Shown here one piece after another: positions 24,983-33,252 of a DNA stretch of 36,200 nucleotides. The translations under genes and the position numbers were made by a program. The first letter of the stretch is position 1, and every line of letters begins with the position of its first letter. This stretch comes from a virus. Where the stretch lies: the IMG/VR virus record IMGVR_UViG_3300045988_075886, positions 1 to 36,200 of that record; one strand, 5' to 3'. The notes below the pieces were generated by a model, which was given only the letters and a program-made list of their open reading frames with translations, did not search any database and was not told where the DNA came from.

Positions 24983-25552
24983 CTATATAAAGTCAAATAG
25001 TTCCATTTGTCCGTCTACTGCTTCCTCTGCCATTGCCTCTTCGATTCTCTTTCTACACTCTGCAAAGCTTCCCAGAAACCTATTTGGATGCCTGTGCCTT
25101 CGCATTGCAAGAAGATCATTTCTCTTTATCGCTTCTTCCAATCCGGAGACATATCCCATCACTGCTTCATAGCAAACCTTCTTCTTTATATTCGTACTGG
25201 CATTACATTGCGTAAGCCATTGATAGTTTTCGTCCGCTTTGTACTTCGTCAAGCTTTCCCTTGCGTCTTTTTCAATCCGCTTCGGTTTTGCCATGTAATA
25301 CTTCGGCACTTCCGGCGGCGTCTGGAGGTGATATTCTTCCGGAAGATCCAGGCTGTTTTCCTCACAGATCTCTTTGATTTTTCCTTTATCGTAAATCACA
25401 TGATTTCTTGTCAGGTTCATGTTATATCCATCTTCCCAGAACGGATCATTTCCACCTTGTATCTTTAGATTATTCCAACGATCTATTTCTGATTTTATCT
25501 CTTGACATAGCTCCTTAAGCTGTTGCTCTGGGCTCTTTTCCTTTCTCGCCAT
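24983..25552 (-). CDS. Hypothetical 189-aa protein
   Basis: ORF with a GGAAAGGAGAAG RBS and no recognised motif. Confidence 0.5.
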   Translation of the reverse strand: MARKEKSPEQQLKELCQEIKSEIDRWNNLKIQGGNDPFWEDGYNMNLTRNHVIYDKGKIKEICEENSLDLPEEYHLQTPPEVPKYYMAKPKRIEKDARESLTKYKADENYQWLTQCNASTNIKKKVCYEAVMGYVSGLEEAIKRNDLLAMRRHRHPNRFLGSFAECRKRIEEAMAEEAVDGQMELFDFI

Positions 25553-25771
25553 CGCTTCTCCTTTCCGCCCACTGCCAAAAAGGCAGCAGGCTCATGGCTT
25601 ATACATTGGCTTGTTTCTTATGCGCCTTGGTTTTTGTGGTATACAAGGTGCTCTATGCGTAAACTAACTTTCCCAGGTCCCACCGAAACATTTTTTGACT
25701 AAGACTACGAATTACAATATTTAGTATGGGTTTGCAGTGACATGGCGGCACCTGATCCGGTCAGTTCTTGC

Positions 25772-26101
25772 CTAATCCTTTATGAGTCTGTACACGGCGA
25801 CTCTGCGCTTTGTGACGCTGTCCAACCGCTTCCCAACAACTTCAATCAACCCATCGTTCTGCAGGTCATTCATCCTGGGCTGTACCTGCTGTCTTTCTGA
25901 CGTTGGAACCAATCCATGGCGATACAGCACAGCGGCAACTTCTCTGGCTGTCATATCTCCATAGGCTAATTGATCCAGGATTAATTTCTTTATGTTCCTG
26001 CCATCTGTCTTTTCGTAAGATTCCCGGCGTGTCTGCCGAGTGATCCGATTGCTTCGGTATGCGCTTGGGCATCCGAACATGTTAAGCTGCTCCATCATCA
26101 T
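25772..26101 (-). CDS. Winged-helix DNA-binding protein (MarR-like wHTH)
   Basis: 109 aa. The pattern ILDQLAYGDMTAREVAAVLYRHG...QPRMNDLQNDGLIEVVG is typical of wHTH domains. Confidence 0.5.
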   Translation of the reverse strand: MMMEQLNMFGCPSAYRSNRITRQTRRESYEKTDGRNIKKLILDQLAYGDMTAREVAAVLYRHGLVPTSERQQVQPRMNDLQNDGLIEVVGKRLDSVTKRRVAVYRLIKD

Positions 26102-26826
26102 ACCTCCTGCTTTTGTTCGCTCTGTACATTATCCGCAATGCATGCAATTCCGTTTTCGATTTTTCTGTAGGTATCATTTGCCATCAAGATATTTAAAACA
26201 GATTCCGACAACATCTGTTTTGTACTGGTATCAAACAACTCTTTGACATTCTTATTCACCGTGTCTTTGATCTCCCGGATCTGATCATCCAGATATGTTT
26301 TTACATCATTTCCAATTGCAAGCTCTGACCGGATATAATCATCAAATTTGAAGGTTTCCGTTTTTGCACATAGTCTATTATTGTATCTGTCTTTCTCATA
26401 TCCGATTACCGTATGGAACTTTCCGTCCTTGATTGCATCAGCAATACACTTCTTTGCATACTCCTGCATGGAGTATTCTTTTAACGGTTCATCATCCCAG
26501 AAACTGTTTCCTCCAACCGTAATCTTCTCATGAGCAACATAATTATCGATCATATCTTTTACAATCTCGTGAGCAGAAAGCATAATAGTCCTTTCCATCT
26601 CTTCGGTAATGATCTCCTTTTTGATCTCTGCCAGAATCTCCTTTTTCAGACTTTTGATCACTTCGCTTTTGACATCGTTGACAATTCCTTGCGCAAAGTT
26701 CTGCATGTTAAACCTGATCTCCAGTGTTTCTCCCTGTGTTTTCGCTTCTGTATCCTGCCGTCCTATTTCCTCTTCAGCCACTTCGTCGTATCCTTCATAA
26801 TCCTCGTATTCATCATAATAACTCAT
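26098..26826 (-). CDS. Hypothetical acidic protein of the replication module
   Basis: The ATG at 26826 lies 6 nt after TAGGAGG and is preferred over the longer 26886 start. Confidence 0.5.
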   Translation of the reverse strand: MSYYDEYEDYEGYDEVAEEEIGRQDTEAKTQGETLEIRFNMQNFAQGIVNDVKSEVIKSLKKEILAEIKKEIITEEMERTIMLSAHEIVKDMIDNYVAHEKITVGGNSFWDDEPLKEYSMQEYAKKCIADAIKDGKFHTVIGYEKDRYNNRLCAKTETFKFDDYIRSELAIGNDVKTYLDDQIREIKDTVNKNVKELFDTSTKQMLSESVLNILMANDTYRKIENGIACIADNVQSEQKQEV

Positions 26827-26836
26827 CTTCATCCTC

Positions 26837-27580
26837 CTAACTGAACTGCTTCTCCATGAGCTGTCTTTCCAGCTCATCAAAGTCATAGTTTCTTTGCGTA
26901 AAGTTGTGATTCCCGCAACCTTCCGCTCTGTCTTTGGACTCTAGCTCTACGTAGTTCGCATCCAGATAATCTATGTACCCGGAATTAAAAAACGTGCTGC
27001 CATTTTGGGGCTTTTTCCAGGTCTCTAACGCCAAGTCCGCCTTGTATCGGTCAATGGCACGCTGAAGTTCTTCAAAACCGATATCAAGTAATCGCCTCTT
27101 ATTGGTATCTGACACCCTCCCCTTCCCACGCTTTTGCGGGTATAATTTCCAGAGTCTCTCAAACAGTGCATCAGCATCAGCTTTGCACTTTATATTTTTA
27201 TTTCTATCTTCTTCTTTCTCTTGATTCTTTATCTTTATCGGGTTTTTTGGGTTTTCGTTTAAACCGTTCGGTTTTTCAGAAACCGAACGGTTTTTTGGGT
27301 TTTTGTGCAAACCGTTCGGTTTTTCCTCTTTCCTTGGTCTTCCACCCTTTTTCCCGTTCTCCCGGTTTGAATTGCACCGGTTTTCATATTTCTCCGAATC
27401 CCGATCCATCTGTTTCTGGATAAAGGAAAATGCCATCATGGAGATTCCGTCCAGTTCCGGGACCGTGCCTGATTCAGAGTAATCGATCAGGGCCATCAAG
27501 AGCCGGCCCCTCTGCTCATCTGTCAGTAATTCCAATGGCTCCCGATACTCGTGATAGATCAGGAAGCTGCTCTTCTGCAT
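26837..27580 (-). CDS. Replisome organiser / replication initiator-like protein (DUF6291-like N-terminus, DnaD-like C-terminus)
   Basis: N-terminus LTDEQRGRLLMALIDY, a central basic repeat region and C-terminus LFERLWKLYPQKRGKG...AIDRY. Iteron-like DNA repeats lie inside the gene. Confidence 0.55.
   Translation of the reverse strand: MQKSSFLIYHEYREPLELLTDEQRGRLLMALIDYSESGTVPELDGISMMAFSFIQKQMDRDSEKYENRCNSNRENGKKGGRPRKEEKPNGLHKNPKNRSVSEKPNGLNENPKNPIKIKNQEKEEDRNKNIKCKADADALFERLWKLYPQKRGKGRVSDTNKRRLLDIGFEELQRAIDRYKADLALETWKKPQNGSTFFNSGYIDYLDANYVELESKDRAEGCGNHNFTQRNYDFDELERQLMEKQFS
27240..27325. repeat. Iteron cluster, a candidate origin of replication
   Basis: AAACCGTTCGGTTTTT occurs at 27261-27276 and 27309-27324, and the inverted AAACCGAACGGTTTTTT at 27280-27296. 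GGTTTTTTGGGTTTT is duplicated at 27241 and 27289. Together these form a tandem unit of about 48 bp. Confidence 0.6.
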
Positions 27581-27929
27581 TCACCTCACCCTTTTCCATA
27601 AGTTCCATACCGGCTTCCCATTCCCGGTAGATCTCCATAAAATCATCCAGGAGCATCGTGGCCATCCAGGGTTCACGGTTCTTCCTGTGCATCACACAGG
27701 GTTTTTCTCCCTCCCTGGCATCGTGGATGCTCTGGCTCATGGCAGCACGCAGGTTCAGTTTTTCCACCCGCTTGCACTCGATGTGCAGGTAGGGAAGCCC
27801 AACTACGTCAGCGTCTCCGTTGCTACCACAGTATTGCTGTCCTCTCCTGGTGTCATATCCGTGCTCTCTTAAGACTCTGGAAAGTTCAAGTTCACCCTTC
27901 TTTCCCTTTTCTCTGCTGTTTATAGCCAT
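27516..27929 (-). CDS. PD-(D/E)xK nuclease, Holliday-junction-resolvase-like
   Basis: 137 aa with the KGKKGELE...GDADVVG...HIECKR motif arrangement (D...E-x-K). Confidence 0.55.
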   Translation of the reverse strand: MAINSREKGKKGELELSRVLREHGYDTRRGQQYCGSNGDADVVGLPYLHIECKRVEKLNLRAAMSQSIHDAREGEKPCVMHRKNREPWMATMLLDDFMEIYREWEAGMELMEKGEVNAEEQLPDLSRVSGAIGITDR

Positions 27930-28210
27930 GATCTCCCAAACTCCTTCCTGAAATCTTCCCTGGTGCCGATATATTCTTCCCAGTACTTCTGTGCTGTCTG
28001 TTTCAGGTCTGTATCGATATCTCCGTTCTTTGGATCAAAGTGCACACCGTTCGGATGGTAGTCCGGCCGGAGCGGTACGACAAAGCCGTACTTCTCACTC
28101 CGGGAGCGGTTTGCTCCTCCGAAAATGTGATGCCGCTCCACCTTGTGGGAACCGGTATAGATACAGCAGTCCATGTTGTCTGTAAATGCACTCCATAGTT
28201 TCTTAGCCAA
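27920..28210 (-). CDS. Conserved phage protein with a Cys/His motif (CCIYTG...ERHHIFGG-NR), function unknown
   Basis: 96-aa ORF in the recombination module. Confidence 0.4.
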   Translation of the reverse strand: MAKKLWSAFTDNMDCCIYTGSHKVERHHIFGGANRSRSEKYGFVVPLRPDYHPNGVHFDPKNGDIDTDLKQTAQKYWEEYIGTREDFRKEFGRSWL

Positions 28211-28778
28211 AATTTACACCATGCCTTTCTTTCAGTATTTCTTTTTCGTTTGGAGACGCGATCTCTGTTTCCGGGATCCCCGCTTCCTTACAGCAGGTGA
28301 TCAATCCGTCGATCAGTCTTGACATCTCCTTTGTGTCATAGGTCCTGGAGCCTCTTAACAGGCGGTATGTCCGGTACATCACTCCATCATTACCGAGTCT
28401 TACCTGTGATGTAGGGGCAAGATGATAATCTGTCGCATTGTTTACCTTTTTCTCTGCCTCTTCGGTGTCCGGTATCGTCACATAGACCGCTTTTCCGTCA
28501 AAGATCTCCGATTGTCCGTATCCACGGAGCATCATGTTGTGGGCTTCCGGGTTGCTCAAGCCTATCACATCCGCAAACTTCGTAAGCAGTGTCCAGTAAT
28601 AAGCATTGGCATCCAGAGACCGCTTCTTCCTGTACTGCACGATACGGATCCGCAGCTTCTCTTTATCCTTCAGCTTGTCGTATTCTTTTCGGATATCACT
28701 GTCTACCTCGATCTCCAGCTTCTGGTGCCTGGACATCAAGTCGATGCCCAGACCCTTGAGCCTGCCTATGCATTCCAT
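28203..28778 (-). CDS. Recombination-associated protein (HNHc_6/NinB-like; family uncertain)
   Basis: 191 aa with a KKRSLDANAYYWTLL motif, adjacent to the annealase gene. Confidence 0.35.
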   Translation of the reverse strand: MECIGRLKGLGIDLMSRHQKLEIEVDSDIRKEYDKLKDKEKLRIRIVQYRKKRSLDANAYYWTLLTKFADVIGLSNPEAHNMMLRGYGQSEIFDGKAVYVTIPDTEEAEKKVNNATDYHLAPTSQVRLGNDGVMYRTYRLLRGSRTYDTKEMSRLIDGLITCCKEAGIPETEIASPNEKEILKERHGVNFG

Positions 28779-29506
28779 CCATCAGCACCCCACTGCTTCA
28801 TGCATTGAGCGTGCACCCGGATGATCGTTGCATGCTGATTTTCGTTCAGCTCCGAAATGTCTTTCAGCGCATAAGAATCCAATATCTTTCCGATATCCAG
28901 ATGCTTCTCATCACAGAACTCCAATAAGCTTTTCTGTTTTTCTTTGCTGATCCTCTGCTTTCCAACCGGTTCCTGCGCTTCCTGGGTTGTCTCCTTGCCG
29001 TATCCCCGGGAAAATACCACTTTCTCTGTCCTCTGATTTTTGATCTCGAGCTTTACGATCTTCTTGTCCTTTATCTCCATCCTGCTGACCCGGAAGTTGT
29101 CTCTGGTCCCATATTTCCCTCTGTCTTCGTATATATTGACGTCGCCCGGGGCGATCCAGATGAACGGAGCTGTATAGAGTTCTCTTCCAATACCCAGGTT
29201 AAAACATGCCCGCTTGAAAGAGTCCGAAGCCTGTCCCTTCTCCTTCTCTGATCTGGATTCTTTTCCAACATCCTGTTTGGAGATCCACTCTCCTTTCTCG
29301 GCATCATATAATTCCACGGTACAGAAGAGATTTCCTGCGATCATCTCATGATGCCTCTTCCATCCCATGATCCCGACTGTCTCATCTAATATATTCATGT
29401 CGCACCGAGCGTCTTTGTACAGTAATAAGCTACAACCGGTTGATTTGCAGGTTGCCACCCTGCATTCTACTTCGTCCGCTCTAAGGTCTCTAAACTCAAT
29501 TCCCAT
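28766..29506 (-). CDS. Rad52/Sak-type single-strand annealing protein
   Basis: Motif string DARCDMNILDE..G..GW...H......L.C...........W....DVG.ES..EKEKG.ASDSFKRACFNLGIGRELY. Confidence 0.8.
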   Translation of the reverse strand: MGIEFRDLRADEVECRVATCKSTGCSLLLYKDARCDMNILDETVGIMGWKRHHEMIAGNLFCTVELYDAEKGEWISKQDVGKESRSEKEKGQASDSFKRACFNLGIGRELYTAPFIWIAPGDVNIYEDRGKYGTRDNFRVSRMEIKDKKIVKLEIKNQRTEKVVFSRGYGKETTQEAQEPVGKQRISKEKQKSLLEFCDEKHLDIGKILDSYALKDISELNENQHATIIRVHAQCMKQWGADGWNA

Positions 29507-29522
29507 TTCCTTCTCCTACTAT

Positions 29523-29915
29523 TCATGCTTGCCGCCAGAATCCTTTCTTCTGGCTGTTTTCTACTCTGTTTTCTTTTGCGTATCTCCGGTATCTATCTGC
29601 TCCATACCTTTTAAGCTTTGATTTCCGGTCTCTTAAAATCTGCTCGATCAATGCATCTGTCTGATCCTGGCAAAAATAAAGTCTGGGAAATCCTCTTTTA
29701 TTTTCGTATCGATATTCTTTCACGAATGAGCCTATGTTGTACCTGTATTTCAGGTATCGCTTTCCCGGATGATCAGAGATCCGGATAGAGTTACATACTC
29801 CGAAATCCAATTTGAGATAGATACTATCGGTCTTATATGCGTCATATCTCTGCACTGTAAAACCTTCTGCGATCAGTCTTTTGCACAGGTAATCAGCGAG
29901 TTCTTTTAGGTTCAT
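29523..29915 (-). CDS. Hypothetical basic protein
   Basis: The ATG at 29915 forms an ATGA overlap with the HD-domain gene and is preferred over 29948. Confidence 0.45.
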   Translation of the reverse strand: MNLKELADYLCKRLIAEGFTVQRYDAYKTDSIYLKLDFGVCNSIRISDHPGKRYLKYRYNIGSFVKEYRYENKRGFPRLYFCQDQTDALIEQILRDRKSKLKRYGADRYRRYAKENRVENSQKKGFWRQA

Positions 29916-30484
29916 AACGCTTCGCTCTCGAGAACCCGACTTGCCCACATGTCTGCAAAGTGCAGGATCAGATACAGCGCCGTTTCCTTCCCCTGGATCT
30001 GGTACCGGAAGTTTCCATATAATCCGTTATGCCAAAGGATCGCTTGCTGTTCTTCCTCTGTCAGTTCTATATATTGCTGTGCGATCACAACAGAACGAAC
30101 TTCGTGGTCTACATACATCAGGTCTGGATTTGTTTTATACGGCTTGCTTGCACTCTGCTTTCCACTCTTTAAGATGTTCTCTACATAATTCGATTTTCCG
30201 TACTGCCCCATCTTTCCAAGGTCATGAAGGAGGCACACAATAATCAATTCATCTGCTGCATCCAGTGAAAGTTCCCCTCTCTCAGATAAAACACGAGATA
30301 TATCTGCTGCAACATTCAGCACGTTTAAGCTGTGTTCTGCCAATCCGCCTTCTTTCGCCAAATGGTATCCTCCACTGCAAGGAGCTGTGAAGAATCCTCC
30401 CTCTTCCATTACCTTGATGAGTTTGTCCATTCCAGGTCTATTGGTACTTTCTAATAAACGAATGATCCGTTCTTTCGTTTCCAT
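29912..30484 (-). CDS. HD-domain phosphohydrolase
   Basis: 190 aa with H...HSLNV...LLHDLGK and downstream H/D residues. Confidence 0.75.
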   Translation of the reverse strand: METKERIIRLLESTNRPGMDKLIKVMEEGGFFTAPCSGGYHLAKEGGLAEHSLNVLNVAADISRVLSERGELSLDAADELIIVCLLHDLGKMGQYGKSNYVENILKSGKQSASKPYKTNPDLMYVDHEVRSVVIAQQYIELTEEEQQAILWHNGLYGNFRYQIQGKETALYLILHFADMWASRVLESEAL

Positions 30485-30781
30485 CTATTCTTCCTCCTTC
30501 TGTTCTTCGATTAGTTCCAGCAGATAATCTCTACAAGCCTGAAATTCGTCTTGATTGATTTCTTCATCGAAGTAAAATTCAAAAACTTTATCAGGGTCAC
30601 TGTACTCTTTCCATCCGTATTTATAAATTCGAATACTCAAAAGAGCTACATGACCGCTCATTTCAAAAAACACCGTTGGTCTATCATTTTTTTCTGCATA
30701 TCGTTTCTCATAACTTCCATCCTTTCCTTTCTGTGCTTCCATACAAAGATGGAAAAGATATTCAATCTGATTATTTATCAT
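30485..30781 (-). CDS. Hypothetical protein
   Basis: The ATG at 30781 follows GGAGAG-N7 and is preferred over the TTG at 30796. Confidence 0.45.
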   Translation of the reverse strand: MINNQIEYLFHLCMEAQKGKDGSYEKRYAEKNDRPTVFFEMSGHVALLSIRIYKYGWKEYSDPDKVFEFYFDEEINQDEFQACRDYLLELIEEQKEEE

Positions 30782-30823
30782 TCTCTTTCTCTCCAATCTG
30801 TGCTATAATGCACGTGAATAATA

Positions 30824-31027
30824 TTATTTTTTTACTTTGCCCTTGGAAGTTGCCGCTTCCGGGGCATCTTTATTTTCCAGAACATGCAAGACTTCGGTAA
30901 GAGTCACTAACCTGCCTTCCAGCGACGCTATCTTTATCAAGTCCGGACAAGTTTGATACTCTTTTTCCAATGAGTATTCGCACTCCTTAATTTTTGTCTC
31001 TATGTAGGTTTTTACTGGATCGTTCAT
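30824..31027 (-). CDS. Hypothetical protein
   Basis: The ATG at 31027 is preceded by GGAGGAGGTGAGG and is preferred over 31066. Confidence 0.45.
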   Translation of the reverse strand: MNDPVKTYIETKIKECEYSLEKEYQTCPDLIKIASLEGRLVTLTEVLHVLENKDAPEAATSKGKVKK

Positions 31028-31148
31028 CTGCCTCACCTCCTCCCAAGATTGCAGGGGCTGCCACACAAAGGCCTAACAAAAACGGGTAATCCATCCATAC
31101 CAGGGCAAGTCCCAAAACAATCAAGATAGATAGCTCTATTTTTGTCAT
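30987..31148 (-). CDS. 53-aa two-helix membrane peptide (MTKIELSILIVLGLALVWMDYPFLLGLCVAAPAILGGG...)
   Basis: Not in the ORF track. GGGGGTGAGGT lies upstream. Overlaps the next gene by 41 nt. Confidence 0.4.
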   Translation of the reverse strand: MTKIELSILIVLGLALVWMDYPFLLGLCVAAPAILGGGEADERSSKNLHRDKN

Positions 31149-31153
31149 CTACC

Positions 31154-31372
31154 TCACCCCCTCATGATTGACTTGTTTTCTGTTTGGAGCATCTTGAGCC
31201 TCCATTTATCGAACTCTTCTGTATCGAAAACGATCGGAGAGTTCTTTTGCCTTGAATCTATCTTCTGAGCAAACCTTTGTCCCGGATATCGATAGGCGTT
31301 CATTAACATCTCCTTTGGGAATCCCATGGCTACAAGCTCTTTTATTTTCATGACAGGTTTTTCGTATTTCAT
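31154..31372 (-). CDS. Excisionase-family/MerR-like HTH DNA-binding protein (Xis or early regulator)
   Basis: 72 aa with the pattern MKIKELVAMGFPKEML...IVFDTEEFDKW. Confidence 0.4.
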   Translation of the reverse strand: MKYEKPVMKIKELVAMGFPKEMLMNAYRYPGQRFAQKIDSRQKNSPIVFDTEEFDKWRLKMLQTENKSIMRG

Positions 31373-31400
31373 GTTTTCACCTTCTTTCTGCTATTCTTCG

Positions 31401-31429
31401 TTGAATCTTCTCTGTATATCTCCTATACT
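31401..31429 (+). promoter_or_regulatory. Sigma-A type promoter for the plus-strand membrane-protein moron
   Basis: TTGAAT (31401-31406), a 17-nt spacer, then TATACT (31424-31429). Confidence 0.5.
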
Positions 31430-31477
31430 TTAAATACAGGCACTGCCATGCCGAGTATTATGAAAGGAGAGTTCTTC

Positions 31478-31924
31478 GTGTATGCTTCAATAATTGTTTC
31501 AATCATATCAGTCGTGGGATCTTTTATATTGGTTTATCTCAGCGTCATAAAAGATTCCTTCGATCAAAAAAGATCTGTTCAAAACGAGCAATTAGAAAAA
31601 TTCTACATACCTTTTTACAAAATGTATTGTCGCGGTTTTATGTCTAACATTAAGTTAAGCTCTTTTCCTTTAGATGTTAGGTTGAATATTTTAGACTTGA
31701 TGAGTGATAATATCCAATTTTTAGAACCGCTATCGCAATCACTATACCCCAAGTACTATCGTTGCTTACTGGACTTGATGGAAGCTGAGGACTTAAATCC
31801 GCGCTTTCCTTTAGAAGAAACTCAGCAGGAATTTGATGATATTTCTGAGCAACTCATCCAAGCAATATTAGATGAATACAAAGATATATTAAAGAAATGC
31901 CATCTACCAGTGCCTTCCATATGA
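31478..31924 (+). CDS. Membrane-anchored protein of unknown function; moron and candidate exclusion/abortive-infection factor
   Basis: The GTG at 31478 lies 7 nt after AAAGGAGAG, and ATG at 31448 is also possible. It has an N-terminal TM helix, AT-rich coding sequence, the opposite strand to the surrounding early operon and its own promoter. Confidence 0.6.
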   Translation: MYASIIVSIISVVGSFILVYLSVIKDSFDQKRSVQNEQLEKFYIPFYKMYCRGFMSNIKLSSFPLDVRLNILDLMSDNIQFLEPLSQSLYPKYYRCLLDLMEAEDLNPRFPLEETQQEFDDISEQLIQAILDEYKDILKKCHLPVPSI

Positions 31925-32010
31925 AGGCGCTATTCTTTTGGCGTTTGGCGTCTTTGATCGCCATAACATTTCCAAATATTACGAATAAAACTACTATGCT
32001 CGTCATACCT

Positions 32011-32412
32011 TTACAGCTTCTTTCCATTTAAAAGCAACGGATAGCCAAGCTGGACTATGGATTCTAAATTCTGTAGCCCTTCGTCCGTCATTCCTTCTGC
32101 TAAAAGTTTTGCAAGGTCTTCCGAAGTGCCGGTATGAGAAACCAGATCAAACATTAAATCACTAAATTTTTTTATGTCTGTCATCCCTCTGATAACATCA
32201 AACTTTGTTACTTTTTCTTCCTTTTGATCTTCGGTACTTATCGCATTAATAATTTCAATTTTAATGTTTTTAATGATTTCCAAAAGATTTTCATTTTCTT
32301 TATCATGCGTTTTCAAATGATCAATGAAAATCCCATATTGAATTTTAAACTTTTGTTCAAGGCAAGCTATTTTCTTGTTTATTTCGTCCCATTCATATTG
32401 TGAAATTTGCAT
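32011..32412 (-). CDS. Hypothetical early protein (AT-rich)
   Basis: 133 aa with a GGGAGGGAG RBS, second ORF downstream of the lytic promoter. Confidence 0.5.
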   Translation of the reverse strand: MQISQYEWDEINKKIACLEQKFKIQYGIFIDHLKTHDKENENLLEIIKNIKIEIINAISTEDQKEEKVTKFDVIRGMTDIKKFSDLMFDLVSHTGTSEDLAKLLAEGMTDEGLQNLESIVQLGYPLLLNGKKL

Positions 32413-32427
32413 ATCTTCTCCCTCCCT

Positions 32428-32586
32428 TCATTCCGTTGCTTCTTCTTTTTGTTCGCTTTTTTCTTTCTGTTTTCTCTCTGTTACCATTGCTTCTCCCATA
32501 CCTAAGATGTAACCTTTGTTAAAGTCAGACATCTTAGTTACTGTCTCGGCTATGGTCTTTACAATTTTTTTGTCTTTATCAGACAC
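32428..32586 (-). CDS. First lytic-operon ORF, 52 aa (SDKDKKIVKTIAETVTKMSDFNKGYILGMGEAM...)
   Basis: Not in the ORF track. The GTG at 32586 lies 8 nt after AGGAGG, and a competing ATG at 32588 gives only 9 codons. It is tightly packed against the next gene. Confidence 0.45.
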   Translation of the reverse strand: MSDKDKKIVKTIAETVTKMSDFNKGYILGMGEAMVTERKQKEKSEQKEEATE

Positions 32587-32603
32587 ATTGTCCACCTCCT
32601 TAT

Positions 32604-32619
32604 TTGACTTTGTGAGTTT
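32604..32619. promoter_or_regulatory. Operator copy A (TTGACTTTGTGAGTTT) over the +1 region of the lytic promoter
   Basis: A 16-nt sequence identical to 32668-32683, with the two copies 64 bp apart. Confidence 0.55.
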
Positions 32620-32648
32620 AGTATATCATTTCGAGAGTTTTTAGTCAA
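32620..32648 (-). promoter_or_regulatory. Leftward early/lytic promoter
   Basis: Minus strand reads TTGACT (32648..32643), a 17-nt spacer, then TATACT (32625..32620). Confidence 0.65.
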
Positions 32649-32667
32649 TACTTTTCTCTCAAAAATA

Positions 32668-32696
32668 TTGACTTTGTGAGTTTTATGTAATATAAT
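32668..32696 (+). promoter_or_regulatory. Rightward repressor promoter containing operator copy B
   Basis: TTGACT (32668-32673), a 17-nt spacer, then TATAAT (32691-32696). The operator repeat covers the -35 and the spacer. Confidence 0.7.
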
Positions 32697-32725
32697 TAAT
32701 CTCAAGAAAGGTGGTGATGCTACAA

Positions 32726-33097
32726 ATGAGAGAAAGAATTAAAAAAATCAGAAAACATTTTAATTTAACTCAAGTAAAATTTGGAGAACAAATTGGAGTA
32801 AAAGGAAATACAGTAACGAATTATGAAACTGGCTTAAGAACCCCAACAGATGCTGTAATAAAATCGATATGTCGCGAATTTCATATAAGAGAGGAATGGT
32901 TAAGATTCGGAGAAGGCGAAATGTTCATAGAAATGGCAAGAGATGAGCAAATCTCTGAATTTGTGGGAGGAATTTTAACAAATGAGTCGGATTCATTCAA
33001 GAAACGTTTGATTTCCGTTCTCGCCAATTTAACAGAAGAAGAATGGAAGATCTTAGAAAAAAAAGCAAAAGAACTCGTAAACGAAAAAAGGGACTGA
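32726..33097 (+). CDS. CI-like XRE-family HTH repressor without a peptidase S24 domain
   Basis: MRERIKKIRKHFNLTQVKFGEQIGVKGNTVTNYETG is a canonical XRE HTH. The product is 123 aa from the ATG at 32726, which follows AAAGGTGGTGA. The C-terminal half is helical with no Ser/Lys protease motifs. Confidence 0.8.
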   Translation: MRERIKKIRKHFNLTQVKFGEQIGVKGNTVTNYETGLRTPTDAVIKSICREFHIREEWLRFGEGEMFIEMARDEQISEFVGGILTNESDSFKKRLISVLANLTEEEWKILEKKAKELVNEKRD

Positions 33098-33199
33098 TCA
33101 CCTCAGCCCCAGCAACGCTCTTACATAGTAATAAATCAGCCTTAAGTGCCGATCATCTGCTTTGTCGAGCATTTCAAAGATAAGTGTTTTATAATCCAT
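33098..33199 (-). CDS. 33-aa micro-ORF (MDYKTLIFEMLDKADDRHLRLIYYYVRALLGLR) under a LexA-box promoter; candidate antirepressor
   Basis: Not in the ORF track. GAGAGGTGGA RBS 5 nt upstream. Its stop abuts the repressor stop, so the two genes are convergent. Confidence 0.5.
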   Translation of the reverse strand: MDYKTLIFEMLDKADDRHLRLIYYYVRALLGLR

Positions 33200-33221
33200 A
33201 TGTATCCACCTCTCACGAACA

Positions 33222-33235
33222 CGAACAAACGTTCT
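33222..33235. promoter_or_regulatory. LexA (Cheo/SOS) box 1 in the 5' UTR of the micro-ORF
   Basis: CGAACAAACGTTCT has a perfect GAAC-N4-GTTC core. Confidence 0.6.
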
Positions 33236-33252
33236 AAAGTAGCGATACATAA

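Noticed and set aside
27516-27580. 65-nt overlap between the resolvase-like gene and the replisome-organiser gene as evidence of a frameshift or assembly error
   Set aside because: Both ORFs have plausible starts and stops, and the organiser N-terminus (MQKSSFLIYHEYREPLELLTDEQRG) looks like an intact domain start. Overlaps of this size occur in compact phage genomes.
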